Source: Myxococcota bacterium (GTDB lineage: Bacteria > Myxococcota_A > UBA796 > SXON01). Taken from it: a stretch of 64,000 bases of DNA. The first letter of the stretch is position 1; each line of letters begins with the position of its first letter. A program made the translations under genes and the position numbers. The stretch is from positions 13,331 to 77,330 of the forward strand of contig JAZKFH010000057.1 of NCBI GenBank assembly GCA_040386535.1, in the 5' to 3' direction. The notes beneath the pieces were generated by a model. The model saw only the letters and a list, made by a program, of their open reading frames with translations, had not been told where the DNA came from and made no database searches. Below, piece after piece: positions 29,618-38,856 of the stretch.

Positions 29618-29974
29618 CGTCAGGGCGTGTCGCGCCTGCGCTTGAGCAACGCGACGATCCACGCGCAGGAACGCCCAGTTGGAAAATGGGCCCGGTGCGT
29701 CGCTTGCGCGAGGCACCGGGCCCTACCCGCCCCTTTCCCGTATGCGAGCGGATCCGTGGTTCGTCACCGCGGGTTCCGCTCCCGTGTCGAGCTGTCGGTG
29801 AGCCGACAGGGGCCGCTCGCGCCCCCGCCGCGCGCCGGCAGGCGGGCGGGTTTCGGGGAGGCGGCCCTCCACACGTGTTGCCACGTGGGAGGGCACGGCC
29901 AGCGCCCCTCGTGGGAGCGCGTGCAGACCGAGCCTGTGCGGCTTTGGCCTTGCTTGGTGGGTTTTTCGTGGATG

Positions 29975-30024
29975 TCAGAGAGCTGGAATCAGGACAGCTG
30001 GAATCAGGAGTGCTGGGAACAAGG
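29975..30024. repeat. Short tandem repeat, 15-bp period (GCTGGAATCAGGA..)
   Basis: Units at 29982, 29997 and 30012, immediately after the stop of the HTH gene. Confidence 0.7.
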
Positions 30025-30027
30025 ATG

Positions 30028-31149
30028 TCAGGTCGACGCGACGAACGCCACGTCCGCGACCGGGTGGCCGTGCTCGACGAGCGCCTTTCGCAGGCTGAAC
30101 GGTACCACGGCCCGATCGTGCGGGCCGGCGCCGGGCAGGCGGCGCTCGACCTCGGCGACGAGCGCGGGCACGTCGAAGGGGCCGTGCAGGGTAGAGCTCC
30201 ACCGGGCGGCATCGTCGTCGGCGCGGACGTGTTGGCCCGTCCCTTCCCACGCCCCCGCCCACTCCAGCCCGTCGGCGCCCGTGAGCTGGCGAACAGACTG
30301 GACGATCAGCCGGAACGTTCCTTTGCCCGCCGCCTGGACGATCCAGCGCCCGACGGGATCGAGCACGATGTCCTTGCGCTCGGCGGTGCGGCCCTCCCGG
30401 CGGAACACCACGCGCGGCGTCCCGAGAGTGTGCCGCCACAGCACGGCCCCCTCCAGACGCACGTACCGAACGAAGCGGGCCCTGTAGAGGGACTGGTACT
30501 CCCGTTCGACGGCATCCAGGTTGAGCCTGTCCCAGTGGCGGGGGACGGGGCGCGGGAGGGCGGCGTTCAGCGCGGCCCAGGCGTCCGCCACCGGCGCGCT
30601 CTGTGTCCAATCGATGCGCTTCATCGCGGCGAGCAGGTCGGCGTCCGAGATCGGCTCGTACGCCTCGTCCAGCGGATTGCCATCGTCATCGATGGGAGTC
30701 GGAGTAGGCGGCGGTGGAATCGGCCCCCCCCGCTCACGCCTGGTCTCCCGGTACTCCGGCTTCAACCGGCGTTGGACGTGCCGGAGCACCAGCTCGTGCA
30801 TCGCCTCCGCATCGAGTCGTTCCGCGGCGTACGCCTCCGCGTCCTCCGTCAGCCGCGCGATCAGCCGCGCCTCCGCCGTCTCCTCCCACGGCGGCGTCGG
30901 CTCCTCCTGCACGAGGTAGAAACGCGACGTGGTGCGGTTCAGGCGGTGGGCGTACCGCTTGAGGAGCGGCTCCAACACGCTCTCGCGGGCCTTGCTCTTT
31001 CCAGTGGCCCACCCGCTCACGACGCTCTGCTGGACGCGGCACAACAGGCGGATCTCGTCCTGTGTCATCCCGTCGTCCAGCGCGAGGCGGACCAGCTCGC
31101 GGGTGTGCTTGAACTTGGGGGACGGGGCGGCGGCGGGGGCGTCGGTCAT
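30028..31149 (-). CDS. Protein with an N-terminal XRE-like HTH and an unknown C-terminal region
   Basis: GMTQDEIRLLCRVQQSVVSGWATGK helix-turn-helix pattern. Confidence 0.7.
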   Translation of the reverse strand: MTDAPAAAPSPKFKHTRELVRLALDDGMTQDEIRLLCRVQQSVVSGWATGKSKARESVLEPLLKRYAHRLNRTTSRFYLVQEEPTPPWEETAEARLIARLTEDAEAYAAERLDAEAMHELVLRHVQRRLKPEYRETRRERGGPIPPPPTPTPIDDDGNPLDEAYEPISDADLLAAMKRIDWTQSAPVADAWAALNAALPRPVPRHWDRLNLDAVEREYQSLYRARFVRYVRLEGAVLWRHTLGTPRVVFRREGRTAERKDIVLDPVGRWIVQAAGKGTFRLIVQSVRQLTGADGLEWAGAWEGTGQHVRADDDAARWSSTLHGPFDVPALVAEVERRLPGAGPHDRAVVPFSLRKALVEHGHPVADVAFVAST

Positions 31150-31339
31150 GCCGCGAATATGACCGGGCCCGCCGGCCGAGGCGACTGATATGATTCCGAT
31201 GAAGTCGTGATGCCTGCCGATGGCGCCCACGGCCCCGCTCCGTCCGCCCCGCTCCTCCACCTCGGCACGTTCGCGCGACGTAGCCCGCGGCGAGGCGCGC
31301 GCCGCCACCGCCCGCGCGACATGCTGCTACAGTGGGAAG

Positions 31340-32749
31340 ATGTCCGCCTCGCCCCCGCCCCCGCCGCCGCCCAGCGCCCGCAAGCTGGCCCTCTTCAGCG
31401 TCGTGGGCCTGCTGGCCGGATGGCTCGGGAGCCCGCGGGTCGAGGCCGCGCCGAGCGCGGACGACTGTCGCCAGCTCCCCCCGGGCGCGTACGATCCGAG
31501 CACGTTCTCCGACCCCGCGACGTGCGCCGCGTGTCACCCCCAACACTTCGACGAGTGGCGCGGCTCCGCCCACGCCTACTCGGTGGTCGACCCGATCTTC
31601 TGGGCGGCCAACGAGGACAGCTTCGAGACGCACGAGCTGGAGTTCTTCTGTGTCGGCTGTCACTCTCCCGTCGCCAACCTCACAACCGCGGACGCAAGCC
31701 TCTCCCACGCCCGCGGCCCCGAGGACCTGGCCGAGCCCGCGCGGCACGGCGTGAGCTGCGACGGCTGTCACCGCGTCTTCGAGTCCCGCGCGGACACCCA
31801 CTTCTACACTCCCTGCGCCGATTGGTTCTTCGGGCCGATCGCCGACCCCCTCTCCAGCGCCCCGCACGGCTCCACCTACGTCCCAGAGTTCGAGCAGTCC
31901 TCCTTCTGCACGTCCTGTCACAACGTCACCGCCGACCAGGTCGACACCCCCGAGTTCGACGGGGTCAGCATCGAGTTCACCGGCACCGAGTGGACCGACG
32001 CGAACAACGCGGCCGGTGGGACGGCCACCGACCCCGCGATCCAAACCTGCCAGGACTGCCACATGCCGGCCTACGCGGGAACCGCCGCGGTGGGTGGCCC
32101 GCCGCGCGAGGTGCACAATCACCAGTTCGTCGGCGGCGACGTGGCGATGGTTCCTTTCCCCGACAGCCACCGGCAATACCGCGCGGTCCAGGACCTGCTC
32201 CAGTCCGCCGCCAGCGTCGACCTCGGGTTCGACGGGCAGACCGCGCAGGTGCTCGTCACCAACCACATCGTCGGGCACAACCTCCCGACCGGCTCGTCCT
32301 ACACCCGGCGGGTCTGGATCCACTTCACGGTCGTGGGTGCGGACGGCACCGTGTACCTCGAGAGTGGCGACGTCGACGCCAACGGCGACCTGCGCGATGG
32401 ATACAGCGAGATCGACCCCTGGGGCGATCCCTGGATCGCCAACGGGGACGCCGTGTTCCGGCAATACAACTACGACGCCGACGGCGACGAGGTGCCCGGC
32501 ACCTACGAGCGGGTCGTCACTACCGAGCACAACATGCTCGGGTCCGGCGAGGTGCGCACGGTGGAGTACGAGCTCGACGGCCACCTCCCCGCCGACGCGG
32601 CCTGGCCGGTCACGGTGACCGCGGAGCTGCTCTACCGCTCGTTCCCCAACTTCGTCCTCCGCGAGCACGGCATCGACGAGGCGGTCATCGCGCTCGTCCC
32701 CACCTTCGAGATGGCGCGTGGCGCGCTCGTGCTCGAGGCGTCCCGTTGA
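31340..32749 (+). CDS. Secreted multiheme c-type cytochrome (5 CXXCH; c554/c552-like N-domain)
   Basis: CAACH, CVGCH, CDGCH, CTSCH, CQDCH; W.GSAHA; GHNLPTG. Confidence 0.9.
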   Translation: MSASPPPPPPPSARKLALFSVVGLLAGWLGSPRVEAAPSADDCRQLPPGAYDPSTFSDPATCAACHPQHFDEWRGSAHAYSVVDPIFWAANEDSFETHELEFFCVGCHSPVANLTTADASLSHARGPEDLAEPARHGVSCDGCHRVFESRADTHFYTPCADWFFGPIADPLSSAPHGSTYVPEFEQSSFCTSCHNVTADQVDTPEFDGVSIEFTGTEWTDANNAAGGTATDPAIQTCQDCHMPAYAGTAAVGGPPREVHNHQFVGGDVAMVPFPDSHRQYRAVQDLLQSAASVDLGFDGQTAQVLVTNHIVGHNLPTGSSYTRRVWIHFTVVGADGTVYLESGDVDANGDLRDGYSEIDPWGDPWIANGDAVFRQYNYDADGDEVPGTYERVVTTEHNMLGSGEVRTVEYELDGHLPADAAWPVTVTAELLYRSFPNFVLREHGIDEAVIALVPTFEMARGALVLEASR

Positions 32750-33234
32750 GCCGCCTGCTCGTCCTGGGGCTGATCCTCGGCTGCACGGGAGAGAAGCCCG
32801 ACCCCTCCACGCCGCCCGCGCCGGATCCCTGCGCTGTCGAGCAGCAGCTCATCGTCGAGGTGGTCGGCGCGATCGCCGGGGCGGACGACCTCGTGGCGGG
32901 CGTGCTGGACGGCGCGACGTGGCGCCTGGGTGACGCCGCCCCGCTCACCCGCGTGCTCGCCCGTGACGCGGGCGTGTTCACGGTGTGCCTGGACGGCGCG
33001 CCGAGCCCCACCCCGCCGTACGAATCGGGCTTCGTGGCGGCGTGGCGGGATCTCGACGGGGACAACGCCTACGACGCCGCCACCGAGGCGCTCTGCGATC
33101 ACGCGGCCAGCGGCGCGGACCCCGAGCGGCTCTTCCACACCTCGGGGCGCTGGCGCACCGGGCTCCTGGGCAGCGCCGACGCCGCCGGGCTGGCGGCCCC
33201 CGCCGCGCTCGACGGGGACCGCTGCGCGCGCTGA
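32746..33234 (+). CDS. Hypothetical lipoprotein
   Basis: TTG start overlapping the cytochrome stop; MSRLLVLGLILGC. Confidence 0.65.
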   Translation: MSRLLVLGLILGCTGEKPDPSTPPAPDPCAVEQQLIVEVVGAIAGADDLVAGVLDGATWRLGDAAPLTRVLARDAGVFTVCLDGAPSPTPPYESGFVAAWRDLDGDNAYDAATEALCDHAASGADPERLFHTSGRWRTGLLGSADAAGLAAPAALDGDRCAR

Positions 33235-33250
33235 GGTCGCCGCCGGGTGC

Positions 33251-34525
33251 CTACTCGACCTCGGCCGCCGCCTCCGCCGCCGCATCGGCGATGTCCTCCC
33301 GCACCGTCTCCGGCCGCGCGAGCACGAACGCGAGCACGTGGCCCGAATCGCACGCGAACTCCGCGCGCGGATCCGCGAGGCACTCGTCCTGCACGAGGCT
33401 CGTGGCGTCCGACACCATCGCGGCGAAGGCGCCGTCCTCCCACACGACCAGCAGGTCCTCCATCTGTGTCGTGAGCGCGGAGACGCAGGCGGGATCGGCC
33501 GCGCACCGCTCCAGGAGGTACCCGACCGACTTGTCGAAGGGCGCGACCGATTCGTGCCACTGCATCGACTGGTCGTGGCCCCACGGCATCAGGTACCAAC
33601 GGCCGGCCCCGACGGCGTTGTAGGCCATGTAGTTGTTGCGGAGGCGGCTGTAGCCGTCGACGTTGCCACTCACCAGATCGATGGCGATCATGCGCAGGAG
33701 CGAGTCGCGGTCGAACGTGGCGTCCAGCGCGTCGAGGAAGCCGGTGGCCGGCGCCGCCGCGAGGGTGGCGGTGAGCGCTTCGAGGTCCGCATAGGGCACC
33801 GCGAGCGGATCGGCCTCCTCGAGCTCGTACTTGTGCTCCTCTCCGACGTGGAAGTCGGCGAGGTTGGCCTCGTACAGGTTGCCGTCGTCGTCATCGGGGA
33901 ACACCTGGTCGAGCAGCTGCTCGTCCATCGTCTCGACCACGCCGTAGAGGCCGAAGTACTCCTCGTCGACCCACACCCGCGCGAAGGTGTGGCGCGGCGC
34001 GGGCACGCCTCGCGCGCGGTACAACCAATACGCCGCGTGCTCGTGCAGCATCGACGAGTCCTGGAGCATGCTGTTGAGCGTGAGGCGCTTGCGCCCACGG
34101 AACCGGCCCTCGGGATCGATGTGGTGGAAGTCGACCTTGAAGGCGGCCTTGCCCGAGAGCGTGCGGAACGTGGTCGTGCCCTTGAGGCGTACGCCCACCG
34201 GCCAGGTGTGGCCCCCGGTGCGGAAGGTGGCCTCCACGTCCGCGCGCGGATTCGCGTTCAGCCCAGCGCGGCCCGCCTCCCCCAGGGTGAGGTGGATGTC
34301 GTGGAGGGTGCCCTCCGCGTAGAACGCGTCGGCCTCCGGGTCGTCCGGCACGTCGATCCACGGCGCGTCGTCCACGGTGCCGGTCGGATCCCCTTCGAGC
34401 CAGCGGACCGGGCGCTCGGGCGCATCGCGGGCCGGCTCCACCCCGCCGTCGGCGCCTCCGGGACCGGCGCCGCCCGGTTCCTCGTGCAGGTCCACCTCGG
34501 GCCCGACACAGGCGATGACCAACAA
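33251..34525 (-). CDS. cotH: CotH kinase family lipoprotein
   Basis: VGVRLKG, RLTLNSMLQD, GNLYE, NVDGY..NNY and PWGHD motifs. Confidence 0.85.
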   Translation of the reverse strand: MLVIACVGPEVDLHEEPGGAGPGGADGGVEPARDAPERPVRWLEGDPTGTVDDAPWIDVPDDPEADAFYAEGTLHDIHLTLGEAGRAGLNANPRADVEATFRTGGHTWPVGVRLKGTTTFRTLSGKAAFKVDFHHIDPEGRFRGRKRLTLNSMLQDSSMLHEHAAYWLYRARGVPAPRHTFARVWVDEEYFGLYGVVETMDEQLLDQVFPDDDDGNLYEANLADFHVGEEHKYELEEADPLAVPYADLEALTATLAAAPATGFLDALDATFDRDSLLRMIAIDLVSGNVDGYSRLRNNYMAYNAVGAGRWYLMPWGHDQSMQWHESVAPFDKSVGYLLERCAADPACVSALTTQMEDLLVVWEDGAFAAMVSDATSLVQDECLADPRAEFACDSGHVLAFVLARPETVREDIADAAAEAAAEVE

Positions 34526-34626
34526 GATTGGTAGCAGGCGGCCCTCCTCCCGCCTGGTGGGGCGGGCTCCCCGAGAAGTAGGGTCCGCGGTGCCGCCCGA
34601 CTGTCACGGTTTGTGGGGCCCCCGCT

Positions 34627-34711
34627 CCCCGGCGCGGCGGTCGGCGCCTCCCGGATCCAAACGTCCCGCGATCGTCCTCGCGCCGGGCACCGCCGCGCGC
34701 GCGGTCGCCCA
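34627..34711. repeat. GC-rich intergenic repeat, family J, copy 1
   Basis: CCCCGGC..GCGGTCGGCGCCTC..GCCGGGCACCGC..CGGTCGCCCA, shared with 58435-58490. Confidence 0.55.
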
Positions 34712-34731
34712 ACCCCCCGTACCCCAACCCC

Positions 34732-35439
34732 TCAGTACCCTCTGCGGTACCCCCCGCGCCTTGCGTTCCCGCGTACCCGCCACACGTCCCGTAGCATCGC
34801 GAGCGCATCGTGTACGGGCCGCACCCGCGAGTCGGCCTCGTAGCGCCACACCACGGGCACCTCGCGCACGCTGTGGCCGCGTACGTGCGCGAGGTACAGC
34901 AGCTCCACGTCGTACGCGAAGCCGTCGATCGTGACCGACGCGAACAGGGCCTTGGCAACCTCGGCGCGGAGCACCTTGCAGCCGCACTGGGTGTCCTCGT
35001 GGCCCGCGAGGACGAGCAGCTGCACCGCGTGGTTGAAGCCGCGGCCGAGCCAGTGGCGCAGCACCGGCTCGCCCACGCGCCGTGCGTCGCGGCCCTCGCG
35101 GGTGGCGAGCACCACGTCCGCGTCGACCGCGAGCAGCTCGGGCACGGTTTGCGGGCCCACGCTCCAGTCCACGTCGGTGAGGAGCAGCCGGTCGCCCCGG
35201 GCGGCCGCCACCCCGACGCGCAGGGCGGCGCCCTTGCCGCGGTGAGGCGCCGCGATCACGACGTCGTCGGCCTCGGCGCTCGCGCGCAACGCCGCGAGGG
35301 TGCTGTCGGTCGAGCCGTCGTCCACCCACACCGCCTCGACGCGGCCGTACCGCGCGCGCAACCACGCCACGCCGGCGCGCGCGGCTTCGATGCGGCGGGC
35401 CTCGTTGTAGAGCGGCAGGACGACGGAGAGCGCGAACAC
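34732..35439 (-). CDS. GT2 polyprenol-phosphate glycosyltransferase (DPG-synthase-like)
   Basis: SVVLPLYNE, VDDGSTD, GKGAA, TDVD, DTQCGCK and FAYDVELL motifs. Confidence 0.9.
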   Translation of the reverse strand: MFALSVVLPLYNEARRIEAARAGVAWLRARYGRVEAVWVDDGSTDSTLAALRASAEADDVVIAAPHRGKGAALRVGVAAARGDRLLLTDVDWSVGPQTVPELLAVDADVVLATREGRDARRVGEPVLRHWLGRGFNHAVQLLVLAGHEDTQCGCKVLRAEVAKALFASVTIDGFAYDVELLYLAHVRGHSVREVPVVWRYEADSRVRPVHDALAMLRDVWRVRGNARRGGYRRGY

Positions 35440-35488
35440 GGCGGGAGTGTATCGCTCGGCCCCCCGCCCCCTCTACACTCGTCCTCCC

Positions 35489-36046
35489 ATGCTCCCCGTC
35501 CTGCTCTGGCTGTCCGCCTGCGCCCCGCGCGTCGGGGTTCCGCCCGCCCCCGCGGCCGCCGAAGCCACGATCGCCCCGCCGTTCACCGTCGCCCAGCTCC
35601 GCGCGGCGCATCCCGTCGGAACGCACCTCCGTTTCAGGATCGAGCGGTACAACCAGCCGCCGCTCGAAGAGTGGTGGACATGGACCGCGGTGGACGAGGC
35701 CGGCTGCACGATCACCTCGACCGTGCACGACGCGACCGGCGCGGCGTTGACCGCCGAGCAGGCCACCGCGTTCCAGCGGAGGACGGGCACGTGGCGCGCG
35801 GAGTGGACCGAGCTCTCGGGCCGGTTCCCCGCGGCGCGCAACCGGATCGTGGCGTCCTGGGCCGACGTGCCCGGGGGCCGCTTCGACACCTGGCTGGTGA
35901 CGGTGCGGTCTGCCACGGACGGCCGGAGGACCGTGTCGGAGCATCACTACGCCCAGGCGATGCCGGGGCCGCCGCTGCTCGTGACGACCGAGGTGGAGGG
36001 CATCGTCGTGTCCCGCACCACGATGGTGAAACGCTCCGGCCCGTGA
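35489..36046 (+). CDS. Hypothetical lipoprotein
   Basis: MLPVLLWLSAC; PPFTVAQLR; VPGGRF; PGPP. Confidence 0.7.
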   Translation: MLPVLLWLSACAPRVGVPPAPAAAEATIAPPFTVAQLRAAHPVGTHLRFRIERYNQPPLEEWWTWTAVDEAGCTITSTVHDATGAALTAEQATAFQRRTGTWRAEWTELSGRFPAARNRIVASWADVPGGRFDTWLVTVRSATDGRRTVSEHHYAQAMPGPPLLVTTEVEGIVVSRTTMVKRSGP

Positions 36047-36077
36047 GCACGCGCCGGAGTCGCTATACTCCCGCCCG

Positions 36078-37538
36078 ATGCGCGTTCTCCTCGTCAACCC
36101 CACGATCGATCGCGACCTCGAGCTGTACCACCTCGGCACGGCGGGCATCGCGAGCTTCCTCAACGCCGTGGGCCGCCATCGCGCCGAGGTCATCGACTTC
36201 ACGTTCTACTGGGACCGCTGGGAGGACTACCTCCGCGAGCGCCTCGATCGGCTCCGGCCGCACGTCGTCGGCATCTCCACGGTCACGCCGCGCATGCCGT
36301 CGATCCTCCGCATCGCGCGGGCGGTCAAGAAGTGGGACCCGACGGTGAAGGTCGTGCTCGGCGGGCACCACGCCTCGCTCGACACCGAGGGCACCGCGCG
36401 CCAGGACTGTGTCGACTACGCCATGATCGGCGAGGGCGAGTACAGCTTCCAGGCCCTGTGTGACACGATCGAGGACGGCGGCGACGTGCGAGCCGTGCCG
36501 TCGTTGGGGTTCATGGAGGGCGGCGAGTACGTCGAGACCGGCATCGCCCAGCTCCCGAAGGGCAAGCTCCTGGACGACGTGCCGCACATGGATTGGGAGC
36601 TCTGGGAGCAGCACGAGCGGATGATCTTCCACGCCGGCTACGTGCCGATCATCGGCGTGCGCGGGTGTCCGTACAAGTGTTCGTTCTGCTCCTCGCCGGT
36701 GCTCGCCGAGCGCCTCGCGGACGCCGGGCCGTTCGTACGCAAGCGCAGCGCCGAGCGCGTGGCGGAGGAGGCCCAGTACCAGTGGGACCGCCACGCCCGC
36801 CACGGCCTGCGGTACCTGTCGTTCTACGACCAGAACTTCCTCATGCACCGCGGCTGGCTCGAATCGTTCGCGGCCGCGTACCGGGAGCGCGGGCTGCACA
36901 CGAAGCTGCCGTTTTCGGTGTACTCGCGGGTCGACCACATCACCGAGGAGAAGCTGGAGTTGGCGAAGTCGGCGGGGTGCGCGCAGCTGCGGCTCGGCAT
37001 CGAGGCGGGTGATCCCACCGTGCGCAACACCCTGCTCAACAAGGAGCTCGACCAGGACACGCTGGTGGAGAAGCTCGCGATGATCAAGAAGTCGGGCATC
37101 AAGACCCTCGGCTACTTCCTCATCGGCACCCCCGGCGAGTCCGCGGCGCAGGCCGACATCTCCTATCGCCTCGCCCGTGACAGCGGCCTGGATCGCGCCG
37201 CGTTCTTCTTCTTCACGCCGCTGTGGAACCTCCAGATCATGGAGGACGCGGGGCTCTCCGTGAACTACCTGGAGCGGGACAAGAGCGCGACCTTCTACCA
37301 GGGCGGCGAGCTCACGGAAGAGGCGAGCGGGCTCGGCAAGGCCAAGCTCAAGTCCTTGTTCTTCCGCGCAAACGGTTATTTCCTGGCACGCACGATCAAA
37401 CGCCAGGTCCAGGCGAAGGGGCCGGGTTGGTTGGCCGAGTTCCCCCGGTACTGGCGCGAGGCCAAACGTGACAACCTCGACGCCAAGCTGGCGTTGAGCC
37501 AATACGTCTACTACCACAAGGACGCGTGGCTTCTATGA
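36078..37538 (+). CDS. B12-binding-domain radical SAM protein
   Basis: N-terminal B12-binding fold (VVGIS, VLGGHH, GEGE); RGCPYKCSFC; GIEAG; FLIGTPGE. Confidence 0.9.
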   Translation: MRVLLVNPTIDRDLELYHLGTAGIASFLNAVGRHRAEVIDFTFYWDRWEDYLRERLDRLRPHVVGISTVTPRMPSILRIARAVKKWDPTVKVVLGGHHASLDTEGTARQDCVDYAMIGEGEYSFQALCDTIEDGGDVRAVPSLGFMEGGEYVETGIAQLPKGKLLDDVPHMDWELWEQHERMIFHAGYVPIIGVRGCPYKCSFCSSPVLAERLADAGPFVRKRSAERVAEEAQYQWDRHARHGLRYLSFYDQNFLMHRGWLESFAAAYRERGLHTKLPFSVYSRVDHITEEKLELAKSAGCAQLRLGIEAGDPTVRNTLLNKELDQDTLVEKLAMIKKSGIKTLGYFLIGTPGESAAQADISYRLARDSGLDRAAFFFFTPLWNLQIMEDAGLSVNYLERDKSATFYQGGELTEEASGLGKAKLKSLFFRANGYFLARTIKRQVQAKGPGWLAEFPRYWREAKRDNLDAKLALSQYVYYHKDAWLL

Positions 37539-37562
37539 GCAGGCTCCGATGAGCAGGCTCCC

Positions 37563-38699
37563 ATGAGCGATCTGGTCGGGCGCTACCTCGTCCCGTTCTC
37601 CGTGGTGCCGCTCTCCCCCGCCAACGTCGTGAAGGTCGGGCGCACCCTGCTCTCGTCCTACCAATCCGCCGACGTCGCCGCGCTCCCCTCCGCCGTCGGC
37701 ATCGACGTGTCCGATGCGTGCAACATCGCGTGCGCGGTGTGCTCGCGCGAGGTGGACTGGGACAAGCGTCACACCGCCATCCTCAAGCTCGACGACTTCG
37801 TGCGCCTGTACGATCCCATCCGGCCCGCGTATCTCTCGCTCTCCGGGTACGGCGAAACCCTGCTCAACAAGCAGCTCCCACAGATGGTCGCCCACGCCAC
37901 GGCCGCCGGATCCCGCGTCAACATCGTCACCAACGGCACTCTGCTCGACGCCGGGCGCGCCCACGCGCTGCTCGAGGCCGGGCTCGCCAAGATGAAGGTG
38001 TCCATCGACGCCGCCGAGCCCGACGTGTACGCCAAGGTGCGCGCCGGCGGCGATCTGGAGAAGGTGCTGCGCAACATCACCCAGCTCCTCGCGATGCGCG
38101 ACGCCAACCGCAAGCCCGGCCCCATGGTCGAGATCCAATTCGTCCTGTTCCGTGACAACGTCGACCAGGTGTGCAAGCTCATCGAGTTGTGTCATGCGCG
38201 GCTCCCCAACGTGGAGCCGAACCTGCTCGTGATGTTCACCTACGGCGAGCAGCCGGGGTTCGTCGCGAAGACCATCCCATTCGGTGACCCCGACGCCCTC
38301 GCGGAATTGCGCCGCGCGCGGGTCCTGGCGGAGGGCTACGGCTTTCGCCGCACGGTGGGATCCCTCGACGCCGCGATCGTCCAACTGACACGCGATCTGC
38401 AGAGCGCCCCCTGCTACGTGCCCTGGTACTCCTGCCTCGTCTCGACCGACGGCGAGGTGTACCCTTGTTGTTACCACTCGATCCGTGGCACCAGCGTCGG
38501 TAACGCGCTCCAGACGCCGTTCGCGGAGATCTGGAACGGCCCGCGCATGCGCGCCTTCCGCGCTCAGCTCCGCGAGAAGCGCTGCGCCGACAAGGTGTGC
38601 GCCACCTGCCGCTACGAGGATGCCCCGATGGACCGCGTGTTCGGCGCGGTGGCGAAGGTGCCGGGGTTGGCCCAGCTGAGCGCGCGGTTCGGGGAGTAG
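37563..38699 (+). CDS. Radical SAM protein with a SPASM/Twitch domain
   Basis: CNIACAVC; GYGETLL; TNG; CYVPW..DGEVYPCC..GN..IWN..CATC. Confidence 0.9.
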   Translation: MSDLVGRYLVPFSVVPLSPANVVKVGRTLLSSYQSADVAALPSAVGIDVSDACNIACAVCSREVDWDKRHTAILKLDDFVRLYDPIRPAYLSLSGYGETLLNKQLPQMVAHATAAGSRVNIVTNGTLLDAGRAHALLEAGLAKMKVSIDAAEPDVYAKVRAGGDLEKVLRNITQLLAMRDANRKPGPMVEIQFVLFRDNVDQVCKLIELCHARLPNVEPNLLVMFTYGEQPGFVAKTIPFGDPDALAELRRARVLAEGYGFRRTVGSLDAAIVQLTRDLQSAPCYVPWYSCLVSTDGEVYPCCYHSIRGTSVGNALQTPFAEIWNGPRMRAFRAQLREKRCADKVCATCRYEDAPMDRVFGAVAKVPGLAQLSARFGE

Positions 38700-38711
38700 G
38701 GGACCGACCCC

Positions 38712-38769
38712 TGCGGAATCCGCTCCCCCGGCATGCGGAATCCGCACGTCCGGGCGTGCGGCCGCCGCA
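38712..38769. promoter_or_regulatory. Three upstream activator sites, TGCG-N5-CGC(A/T)
   Basis: TGCGGAATCCGCT (38712), TGCGGAATCCGCA (38734), TGCGGCCGCCGCA (38757), spaced 22-23 bp. Confidence 0.65.
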
Positions 38770-38810
38770 CGATGCGCCAAAAGGGTCGGTAGATCGCCGG
38801 TCGGCCCCCC

Positions 38811-38826
38811 TGGCACGCCTCCTGCA
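38811..38826 (+). promoter_or_regulatory. sigma54 (-24/-12) promoter
   Basis: TGGCACGCCTCCTGCA (GG-N10-GC), about 30 nt before the ATG at 38857. Confidence 0.75.
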
Positions 38827-38856
38827 ATGTCAGGGAGCGACCCCCCCGGAGCGTCG

